Below are positions 1 through 7,475 of a DNA stretch of 22,040 nucleotides, in pieces. Below the pieces are notes generated by a model. The model ran no database searches. It saw only the letters and a list, made by a program, of their open reading frames with translations, and had not been told where the DNA came from. The translations under genes were made by a program, and so were the position numbers. The DNA is taken from positions 1 to 22,040 of the forward strand of contig CBEVQY010000036.1 in assembly GCA_965552135.1 (NCBI GenBank), read 5' to 3'. Source of the DNA: an uncultured bacterium. GTDB lineage: Bacteria > UBP14 > UBA6098 > B30-G16. Within the stretch, counting starts at the first letter, position 1; every line of letters begins with the position of its first letter.

Positions 1-1789
1 CGTCGGCGCCGCCGAAGGAGCCGCCGTCGTTGTACTGAATCTGCCCGTTGGAGCCAGCGGGTGAAGCGCTACCGACGGAATCTGGCGCGGGCGCCCATGC
101 GCTGCCGTTCCACTTGAGGACCTGACCTGTCGATGGTGCAGTCGGCGAAACCGAACGACCCTGAAGACCAACAACGGTGGGGTCAGGGTACGTCCCGCTC
201 AAATCGCCGCCCGCGCTCTGACCCTCGTCAATGTAGTTACTCGAAACCCAGCTCGCGTCCACGCTGACGGCATCCGCTGAAACCGTTATCCCAGTCCCCG
301 CGCCCACGTGGAGCGTGATAGTGGAACCACTCCCGCCACCGGTTAAACCATCGCCGGCGTTTATTGTCTGAAGCTCGTTGGTGGCGTCCGCATCGGCGTC
401 GTCGACGTCGTCGACGCCGTCAGCAAAACCCGCCGGAACGTTCGCCAAATCCGCCCAATTAACAGGCGTCGTCGCATTGTTGTTGTCCGAAAGCTCCGAG
501 GCTATCGCGTACCTGCCGTCGAGGTCCTCCGTCAGGCTCGAAAGACCCAGACGGCTCAGCGTCAAAACGCCAGTCCCCGTGTCGAACGAAATGCCGTTGA
601 CGTAGTTGTTCCCGTCCGACGCGCCAGATGCGTCTATCGTAACCCTGTGGTTGGCAGCGTCAAAGCTCACAGAGGCACCCCCAGTGCCCGCAAACTGGAG
701 CGCTCTGTCGCCGTCGGTGACGGTGAACTGGCTCGTTCCAGAGCCGTCCTGGACGTCGACGAAGACAGCGGAGTTCGATATCTCCGCGTTGCCGACGACC
801 CCCGTCCCAAGCTGGAGGTTGTCGTACGGACCGGAGACGTCGCCCGAGAAAGTCGTTGAAGTCGTCAGGTCATCCGAGGCGTCGGTGTCGCCGGTGTTTA
901 TAAGCTGGCCGCTCAAGAAGCCAAGGCCAGTTCCCGCGTTCACAACCAATGCGTCGCCGGACAGGGTGAGCCCGTTGCCATACGATAGCCCCAGCGGGCT
1001 TGCCGATGTCCCGTTGCCGGTGATGGGCGAGGACACCTGCGCGACCTGGCTCCCCCAGTTATCGCCGGGGACGGATCGAGCCTCCCAGCAGCTCAGCGAG
1101 GCGTTCCACGTCAGAACCTGACCGTCGGAGGGCGAGGCGCTAACGTCCAAAAGGTCATTCAGGACGTTGTCGGAAAGGTCATCCGCCTCGTTGTCGATCG
1201 TCACGTCCCAGTTCGTGCCTGCCTCGGTTATGCGAAGGATATCCTCGCCAGCGGACTCGTACGATACGTCGGTAATAAGCTCGTTGGCGGCGTCTGCGTC
1301 GGCGTCGTTGACGTCATCGACGCCGTCGGCGAAGCCCGCCGGGATGGCGGATATGTCGCTCCAGGCGACGGCGCCGGCGCTGTCGGCGAACGAAGCTGCG
1401 TAAGACTGAACCGTCACAAGCGATGAGTCGGAGACTGCGGCGCGAAAGGCGTATCCAATCGAGGAGAGCGGAACGCGGGGCGATAAAACCTCGCCCGATA
1501 CCACGATCTCGACGTAGTATTGTGTGTCGAAGGGGAGGTCTATCGGGTTTATTGAGCCTAAGATCACGTCGAAGAGTCCTCTGTTGACGACGACGTTTGG
1601 GTGCGTTTCGGACCAAAGCGGCGTTCCGCCCGTGGGAACGTCGTAGAGTCGAAACTCCATGCTGAGCGTGTCGTTCACGCCAACGCCGGCCGCGTTGGTA
1701 AGCTTGCCCTGATAGTTGATGGTCGACGGAATCGAAAAGACGAAGGCAGGCAAGACAAGCAACACCACACAAAGCCACCTTCTGACCAT
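1..1789 (-). CDS. Secreted phage-tail-fibre-like mosaic surface protein (partial, 3' end outside the window)
   Basis: Hand translation from ATG 1789 (SD AAGGAGGGG upstream) stays open to base 1 (>596 aa); absent from the ORF track because it has no stop in the window. Signal peptide MVRRWLCVVLLVLPAFVFS, then IPSTINYQGKLTNAAG...FRLYDVPTGGTPLWSETH...GLFDVILG...LSPRVPLSSIGYAFRA, then fibre-type motifs GQVLTWN, GQVLKWNGSAW, GGDLSGTYPDPTV and AGSNGQIQYNDGGSFGG. Confidence 0.85.
   Translation of the reverse strand, partial: MVRRWLCVVLLVLPAFVFSIPSTINYQGKLTNAAGVGVNDTLSMEFRLYDVPTGGTPLWSETHPNVVVNRGLFDVILGSINPIDLPFDTQYYVEIVVSGEVLSPRVPLSSIGYAFRAAVSDSSLVTVQSYAASFADSAGAVAWSDISAIPAGFADGVDDVNDADADAANELITDVSYESAGEDILRITEAGTNWDVTIDNEADDLSDNVLNDLLDVSASPSDGQVLTWNASLSCWEARSVPGDNWGSQVAQVSSPITGNGTSASPLGLSYGNGLTLSGDALVVNAGTGLGFLSGQLINTGDTDASDDLTTSTTFSGDVSGPYDNLQLGTGVVGNAEISNSAVFVDVQDGSGTSQFTVTDGDRALQFAGTGGASVSFDAANHRVTIDASGASDGNNYVNGISFDTGTGVLTLSRLGLSSLTEDLDGRYAIASELSDNNNATTPVNWADLANVPAGFADGVDDVDDADADATNELQTINAGDGLTGGGSGSTITLHVGAGTGITVSADAVSVDASWVSSNYIDEGQSAGGDLSGTYPDPTVVGLQGRSVSPTAPSTGQVLKWNGSAWAPAPDSVGSASPAGSNGQIQYNDGGSFGGAD
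371..457 (-). repeat. Internal 29-aa repeat of the fibre protein, copy 2 (WADLANVPAGFADGVDDVDDADADATNEL)
   Basis: 22/29 aa identical to the copy at 1277-1363, same reading frame. Confidence 0.9.
1277..1363 (-). repeat. Internal 29-aa repeat of the fibre protein, copy 1 (WSDISAIPAGFADGVDDVNDADADAANEL)
   Basis: 22/29 aa identical to the copy at 371-457. Confidence 0.9.
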
Positions 1790-1900
1790 ATTCACCCCTC
1801 CTTCCCGATTTTTTTAACTAAAAAAGTTTGACTATCAGTGGAATGCAAGTCGAAATTATTTGCATTTTCGCTAAGTCGTGTAAAGTATTATTCTTACGCG

Positions 1901-1932
1901 AAAAGCCGCCCTCGCGCAGGAGAGCGGCTTTT
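1901..1932 (-). terminator. Intrinsic terminator downstream of the lipoprotein gene (possibly bidirectional)
   Basis: Minus strand AAAAGCCGCTCTC-CTGCGC-GAGGGCGGCTTTT: GC-rich stem with A and T tracts on both sides, 35 nt after the stop at 1968. Confidence 0.75.
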
Positions 1933-1967
1933 GGTCGGTCAGTTTTGTTCGGGCGGCAGCCGTGCGG

Positions 1968-2768
1968 CTATGCAGTTGGCAGCGAGTCGCAGTCGATGCA
2001 GTGCAGACTGTCGTCCCAGCAGCCCATTGTGCCCTCGGGATACTGGATGGAGCCCCAGTACTCCTCTATGTCCCAGTTTATGTACCAGCGTCCGGGTCTT
2101 GAGCCGCCTGCGTCGTTGAACCACACCGAAGCCGAGGTCCCCTCGAGGTTGTAGCCGAGGGTGTCGCCGTAGCCCTCGCTCAGGGCGTTTATGTTGACGA
2201 GCACGAGGGAGGCGGTTGAGTCTCCGGTGTTTTTCTCCCAGGCGGTCCACAGAACCGCGTTCGAGTCGGGCGGGAGATGGGAATCGTAGAAAATCCACCA
2301 GCCGCCTGTTGCGTTGAAGTCGCATCTTCCGTTGTACCAAAGGAAGTTTTCGAGCTCGCTGTTTGTGACCCTCATCTCCCAGTCGACGCTGTCGCCTGCT
2401 ATGTGCGCCGTCAGGGCGATGTTGTTTGTGTCGGCGCCAAGCTGCCAGCGCCAGGTGAGGTCGCCCTCATAGGTTGGATCCTGCGTGAGGGCGAGGTAGA
2501 ACGCCACCTTCGGCAGGAAGAAGAGCGCCTCGGTCAGCGACGCCCAGGCAAGCACTATAAAAGCCGCCGTGTCGAAGTGCTCGCAGTAGAGGTCGTCGGC
2601 TGCGCGCTGCAGGGCAAGCTCGGTGAACGGCGAGAAGTTAACGGTGAGGACCCCAGAGGACGGAACAGCGGGCATCTCGGGCTCCTCCTCCTTCTTCTCA
2701 CAGCCAACCACTGCAAGCGAAACAGCAAGAACGACCACAAACGCAGCAAAAAGCCAGAGCCGCCGCAT
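1968..2768 (-). CDS. Lipoprotein of unknown function (Trp-rich, predicted beta-rich, Cys-rich C terminus)
   Basis: 266 aa; SD AGGAGG; signal peptide II ending LAVVG-C; C terminus GCWDDSLHCIDC. Confidence 0.8.
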   Translation of the reverse strand: MRRLWLFAAFVVVLAVSLAVVGCEKKEEEPEMPAVPSSGVLTVNFSPFTELALQRAADDLYCEHFDTAAFIVLAWASLTEALFFLPKVAFYLALTQDPTYEGDLTWRWQLGADTNNIALTAHIAGDSVDWEMRVTNSELENFLWYNGRCDFNATGGWWIFYDSHLPPDSNAVLWTAWEKNTGDSTASLVLVNINALSEGYGDTLGYNLEGTSASVWFNDAGGSRPGRWYINWDIEEYWGSIQYPEGTMGCWDDSLHCIDCDSLPTA

Positions 2769-2798
2769 AAACCCCTCCTGGTTTTAGGTGCTACATCC

Positions 2799-2827
2799 AG
2801 TTTACCCGATAGGTCCACTTTGGTCAA
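2799..2827 (-). promoter_or_regulatory. sigma70-type promoter for the lipoprotein gene
   Basis: TTGACC (2827-2822) - 17 nt - TAAACT (2804-2799), 30 nt upstream of the ATG. Confidence 0.65.
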
Positions 2828-2931
2828 GTTTTTCTTGCCCTTGGGTTCACACAAGCCCGTCGTATTCTTGCCCGGGCGAGCTCAACTGGTCTGCGGGCTG
2901 GCGTTGTCGAAGCTGCACATGCGATGTTCGC

Positions 2932-5928
2932 TCATCTCACCAGTACGGCGCGTTTCGCAATCGCACTCCCGTTGACCGAAAGTCGGACGATGTAAACGCC
3001 GGAGGGAACGTTGCCCTGGGGCGTCCATTTGGTCGTGTGGGAGCCTGCGGATTGCCTGCCGCTTGCGAGAACGGCAAGGCGGACGCCGCAGATGTCGTAC
3101 ACCTCAACCGAAAATTCCGATCCCTCCGGAACGGTGTACGAGACGGAAAGCGAGGAGTTGAAGGGGTTCGGGCAGATACCAAGCAGGAAGCTTTTTGGCT
3201 TCTTGTTCGGGTCGACGGCGGAGCCGCTGGTACCTTCCAACACGGTGAGCCTGCTTTCACTTAGAACTATAACCTCCACCTTGCCGTCGTCGTCGTTGTC
3301 GGAGACGATTACCGTCAGAAGCTGGTCGCCCGTTGTGTCCCTCCAGCGCCACTTTTCGCCAAGGTGGTTGTTAAGGCAGACGACGGTGGCAGAATCGGCG
3401 CTCGCTATCAGGATCTCCTTCGCACCGTCCCCGTCGACGTCACATATAGCGCGCACAGTAAACCCAGGAGGTGTTGCAAGCGAATCCTTCACGTTAAGCA
3501 AGCTGTCCAGAACAAGGACGACGTTTGTGCTCGAGTCTCCGTTGCTGCAAACTATTTCCTGGGCTCCGTCGTCGTCCACATCCGCCCAGGCGAAGTGCCA
3601 GGCTGTGTTGTGCAGTCCAGTCCTTGTGTGCAGGATCGTTCCGTCTGTTGCGCGGATGTGGATGCGGGCTGTGCCGTGATAATAGGTCGGGTCGTAGTTT
3701 TTGAAGGAAACTATCCTGTAAGGTCCGTCCTCGGTGAACCTCAGGAACATATCGTGCAGGGAGCCGTCCCGCTCTGTGCTTCCGGAGTAGAGCTGAGTGA
3801 GCAGGTTGAACCCCGCCGCGTTTGTTATGATGGTGTAGCAGTTGTCGTCGGTCGTTCCATTTCCCGAGGCGCCGTTGTGGCAGGTACCACTGCGCCATGC
3901 TATTTCGAGTAGCCCGTCGCCGTTGATGTCCGCCACGGAGCAGATGCGACCGCACGGTCCAACGTCGTACTGCCAGATCTCTGTGGCGGTTTCGTAGCTC
4001 CAGCGCGACGGTCCCCTGGGATCTAAGGCATAGCCGGCATTCTGGCAGATGATGACGTCTTGCCCGACGACGGTGTAGGGGTACATGTAACCGTCCCGCG
4101 TTCCGCTTTTTTCAAACTCCTTGAGCAGGGCGCCCGTGCCGCTGTATATCCGCGAGAACCACGGACCCCAGGTGCCGCCAAAAGCGTAGATCTCGTAGCC
4201 GATCCCTATCTCGGGGATGCTGTCGCCGGTCACGTCCTCAAGCATGGTGACGTAGGAGAAATCTTGTCCTGGTATCCCAACGTATTCGTGGACCAGCACG
4301 TCGCCGCCTGCGCTCAAAACAAAGAGCGTATCGCACTGGACGGTCACGATCTCGAGCTGACCGTCTCCGTTAACGTCGCCGGTAAGCACGTGGCGTCGCC
4401 TGCTGGACGGCGAGGTGGAGGTCGGCATATCCCACGTCCACTGGACGGCGATCGAATCGGTCAACACCGTCGAGCCCCACGGATAGTAGCTGGAGCCGGC
4501 TATGTCACGGCGCTCGTGCGTCCAGCCCTTTAGCTCAACGACCACAGTCGTGTCCGTGATGTTCCTGTATGTGAACGCGACGTAATAGCGTTCGCCGGCG
4601 TGCAGGGAATCGTCGCCGCTGTACCAAAAGCGCATCCCGACAAGGTCGTTCGTTACGGTAATAAAGTGAGCGTTTGTGGAATCGATAGTTACGTAGACCC
4701 GGTTTACCTCGAATGGCAGAAACGAGAAGGCGGGTCTGTCGTATCCACTGATGTTTTCGTTCAGCTCGACGGAGAAGACGAAATGGTATATCCCCGGGCT
4801 TATGGTGTCGCAGGTCAGCTGCTGGTCGTATAGGGGCGGGACGGTGGGATATACCCTTGCCTCAAGCTTCGGGTCGCCGTATAGCGCGACGACGTCTCTG
4901 TCGTAGTCCAGCGCTATCGGGTTTATCCCAGGGGTATCGTGTTCGTCGTCGAAGAGCAAAGCCTGGTTGTTCAGGAAGAACGCCTCGGGGAAGGTGAACC
5001 TGTCCTGCAGTTTGTGGAAGTATTCGCGGATGCCCCACCCCATATAGCCGTATGCGGTGGGGACGGTATAGCCGCAGAAGAGGTGGGCTCCGCCCGAGTG
5101 GATCCAGCCCAAAACCATGCAGTCCATATCAGCAACCTTGCCGATAAGGCAGTTACCGGGACCCCAGTAAATCTTCGGGTTAGATGTCTCGATGTACACG
5201 TCGGGACCCGACACAGGATCACCCCACACACTTCCGCCCCCGGAGTAGAAAAAGCCTTCTCCGTCGGGTAAGGGGTAGTGAAGTTGCCAGCTGTGGGGGG
5301 AGGCGTGTCCGCTTGTCACCATTATGTCGACGTCGTTGTTGTTCAAAAGGCTTACGAGCGTGTCGGTGCAGTCGTCGGGCTCAACGAGGGTGTCGATCGT
5401 TCCGTCGGGGTTTTTGTGCCAGTAGCATCTGGTGTCGCCTTCGGAGAAGTAATCTCCCCTTTCGAACCATCGGAGCCAGCCGCCCGCGGTTTTCAAAAGC
5501 GCGTTCCTCACCCAGAGCGTTTCGGGACCCAAAACGATGTTCATCGCATCCTCTGGCGTGTAGCCTGTGAGTATAGCCCAGATGGCGTCGCCGTAGATGT
5601 CGTCGTCCAGGCTGCGCGTTATCTGGCTTGCGTGCCGCACGAAAAGCTCGGCGTCGTAAGAGATGATCTCCTCCGGCTTCATAACGAAGCAGACCCAGCG
5701 GGGGTCGAACTCAGCCAGCTCGGTTTGAACCTCGAAGACGGTTGCGGCAAACTCGAACACCGCGGCATCGTGTTTCGCCGCAAGGCTGTCGATCACCTCC
5801 GACCAAGCCGGGTCGGAGGCGGTCGCGTCGTTGGTCACGATGGCGTAGCCGCCTGTGACCAGATCAGCTCTCGCCAGCGTGATGGCTGCAAGGATGGCTG
5901 CCGCCAAAACAATCCCCCTCACTTTCAT
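2932..5928 (-). CDS. Secreted multidomain protein: gingipain/C25-like (clan CD) domain, FG-GAP/VCBS repeats and T9SS type-A-like C-terminal sorting domain
   Basis: 998 aa; SD AAGGAGGAGGTG; signal peptide; VTSGHAS, WGPGNCLIG and LYGDPKL motifs; six D-x-[DNT]-[GD]-D-[GS]-x-x-E-[IV] repeats (GDVNGDGQLEI, DVTGDSIPEI, ADINGDGLLEI, ADVDDDGAQEI, CDVDGDGAKEI, SDNDDDGKVEV); C-terminal PNPFN...VEVYDICG...PSGVYIVRL...KRAVLVR. Confidence 0.85.
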   Translation of the reverse strand: MKVRGIVLAAAILAAITLARADLVTGGYAIVTNDATASDPAWSEVIDSLAAKHDAAVFEFAATVFEVQTELAEFDPRWVCFVMKPEEIISYDAELFVRHASQITRSLDDDIYGDAIWAILTGYTPEDAMNIVLGPETLWVRNALLKTAGGWLRWFERGDYFSEGDTRCYWHKNPDGTIDTLVEPDDCTDTLVSLLNNNDVDIMVTSGHASPHSWQLHYPLPDGEGFFYSGGGSVWGDPVSGPDVYIETSNPKIYWGPGNCLIGKVADMDCMVLGWIHSGGAHLFCGYTVPTAYGYMGWGIREYFHKLQDRFTFPEAFFLNNQALLFDDEHDTPGINPIALDYDRDVVALYGDPKLEARVYPTVPPLYDQQLTCDTISPGIYHFVFSVELNENISGYDRPAFSFLPFEVNRVYVTIDSTNAHFITVTNDLVGMRFWYSGDDSLHAGERYYVAFTYRNITDTTVVVELKGWTHERRDIAGSSYYPWGSTVLTDSIAVQWTWDMPTSTSPSSRRRHVLTGDVNGDGQLEIVTVQCDTLFVLSAGGDVLVHEYVGIPGQDFSYVTMLEDVTGDSIPEIGIGYEIYAFGGTWGPWFSRIYSGTGALLKEFEKSGTRDGYMYPYTVVGQDVIICQNAGYALDPRGPSRWSYETATEIWQYDVGPCGRICSVADINGDGLLEIAWRSGTCHNGASGNGTTDDNCYTIITNAAGFNLLTQLYSGSTERDGSLHDMFLRFTEDGPYRIVSFKNYDPTYYHGTARIHIRATDGTILHTRTGLHNTAWHFAWADVDDDGAQEIVCSNGDSSTNVVLVLDSLLNVKDSLATPPGFTVRAICDVDGDGAKEILIASADSATVVCLNNHLGEKWRWRDTTGDQLLTVIVSDNDDDGKVEVIVLSESRLTVLEGTSGSAVDPNKKPKSFLLGICPNPFNSSLSVSYTVPEGSEFSVEVYDICGVRLAVLASGRQSAGSHTTKWTPQGNVPSGVYIVRLSVNGSAIAKRAVLVR

Positions 5929-6213
5929 AAAAGCACCTCCTCCTTCGGCGATTCACCTCCTGCGAACATAGTCTCTTTTTGTTGGCGATCGTTTTCGCTT
6001 AGGGAAAAGCCCGCGAAAACGCAGCACAAGCATGAGGGTTTTCGGGCTTCCGCGTAGGCGAAGGGAAGGAAAACGCCTTTCCGCCATGCTGGCTTGAGGC
6101 TGGGCATGACCTTATCACCGCCCCTAACTTACACCCTTTCGTTTATTCATAGGCTATGTGGGGGTTTTTGTCGAGCGTTTTTTGAAGGGGAGGGGGTGTG
6201 TATGGCGCAAGGC

Positions 6214-7374
6214 TCAGCGGCGCCAGAGGGACGTGAGTCTTTTGTATCTTTCCGGGTCTGCCTCGCGCAGCTTGTCCAGGTATCCCCTCCAGATGCACCA
6301 CAGTGCGACGACGACGAAGGTGGCGAACGAGGCGCCAATGCCCATATAAGCCTTCTTTGGACGGATCTTCTTGTCGGGCGGGACGGCTCGCGCCAAGATG
6401 TTCAGCGTCTCGACGTTGCGCTGCTCCTCTATGCGAGCCTGCTCATACTGCTGCTTGAGCATCTCGTACAAAAGCTCCTGGATCTTCAAGTCCCTGTACA
6501 GGCGGGCGTACTCGAGGATGAGGTCGGGATAGTCCTTGAGTGGGATACCCAGAAGGAGCGTATCCCCCTTCAGCTCGAGCTCGGATATCTTGCGTCGCAT
6601 CTGCTTTGCCTGTGCTTCGAGCTGATTGAACTCGGGTGTGAACTGTGCGCCGCCCGCCCTAAGCGCACCAAGCTGAACCTCAAGCGCGGCAAGCTGCCCG
6701 TAAAGTTGGGCTATGTTCTCCACTGCAACCCGCGCCTGATCCTCTAAGGAGATAGCCCTGTGCGCTTTCTGGAACTCGGCGAGCTTTTCGCCGGCTTGGG
6801 CGAGCTCTTCACTGCACTGCGCAAGGCGCTCCTCCAGGAAGCGTCGGGTTCTGTTCGCCGATGTCGTGCGCACCCGCAAAAGCGTCCTGTCCAGAAGGTC
6901 GACTATGGCGTTGGTCACTTCTGCGGCAAAGCGCGGGTCCTTGTCCTCGTAGCCCACCGTGAGGATCCCTTCACCCCCGACGTCGACGTAAAGGTGCGTC
7001 GCGTACGCCTTCCTGGCGAGCGAAAGCTTTTTGCATTTGTAGCGCGACATAAGGTCGAACATCTCGATGATGGAGTCGGCAATCCCCGGGGATTTCACCA
7101 TCGCGCTCCACAGGTCGACGGGTGTGACCATCATAGGCAGCGTGAATGATCCCTCTCCGCCAAGCCCCATAAGCCCGCCGAAGAAGCTGCTTATAGCCGT
7201 CTGCGGCATTTTGGAGTAGGGGGGCAGGATCTGCGCCTCGGCGCGGTACCACTTTGGCAGAGCAAAACCTATCGCGACCGCGACAACGCCCGCCGCAAGT
7301 GGGAGGAAAACCAAAAGCTTCCATCGCCGCAAAAGCGCCACAAAGGCGTCGAAGGCTGTGTAAACGGCGTCCAT
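6214..7374 (-). CDS. Wzz/GumC-family polysaccharide chain-length determinant (co-polymerase, no kinase domain)
   Basis: N-terminal TM followed by LPKWYRAEAQILPP; periplasmic coiled coil (RRFLEERL...LAEFQK); C-terminal ILARAVPPDKKIRPKK plus TM. Start placed at ATG 7374 (MDAVY) because the longer track start overlaps the predicted promoter. Confidence 0.85.
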   Translation of the reverse strand: MDAVYTAFDAFVALLRRWKLLVFLPLAAGVVAVAIGFALPKWYRAEAQILPPYSKMPQTAISSFFGGLMGLGGEGSFTLPMMVTPVDLWSAMVKSPGIADSIIEMFDLMSRYKCKKLSLARKAYATHLYVDVGGEGILTVGYEDKDPRFAAEVTNAIVDLLDRTLLRVRTTSANRTRRFLEERLAQCSEELAQAGEKLAEFQKAHRAISLEDQARVAVENIAQLYGQLAALEVQLGALRAGGAQFTPEFNQLEAQAKQMRRKISELELKGDTLLLGIPLKDYPDLILEYARLYRDLKIQELLYEMLKQQYEQARIEEQRNVETLNILARAVPPDKKIRPKKAYMGIGASFATFVVVALWCIWRGYLDKLREADPERYKRLTSLWRR

Positions 7375-7391
7375 GGCGAAGCCCCAAACCC

Positions 7392-7419
7392 AAAATAAAA
7401 CCCCGCGTGATTCGCGCAA
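7392..7419 (-). promoter_or_regulatory. sigma70-type promoter for the wzz-like gene
   Basis: TTGCGC - 16 nt - TATTTT; same hexamers and spacing as the promoter at 14383-14410. Confidence 0.5.
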
Positions 7420-7437
7420 GGGCTTTTGGCAATCCGC

Positions 7438-7466
7438 TTGCGTTTGTATGTCCCTGAGCTTAACTT
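7438..7466 (+). promoter_or_regulatory. sigma70-type promoter for the LolA-like/fabD/aminopeptidase operon
   Basis: TTGCGT - 17 nt - TAACTT, ending 9 nt before ATG 7476. Confidence 0.55.
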
Positions 7467-7475
7467 GTTTGCCCG

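Noticed and set aside
1314..1778. 154-aa minus-strand ORF in the track
   Set aside because: Alternative frame of the real fibre gene starting at 1789, which has a signal peptide, SD and recognisable motifs.
1..1789. Prophage or diversity-generating retroelement around the fibre gene
   Set aside because: The gene has a Sec signal; no phage genes or reverse transcriptase are present, and the repeat differences are not adenine-specific.
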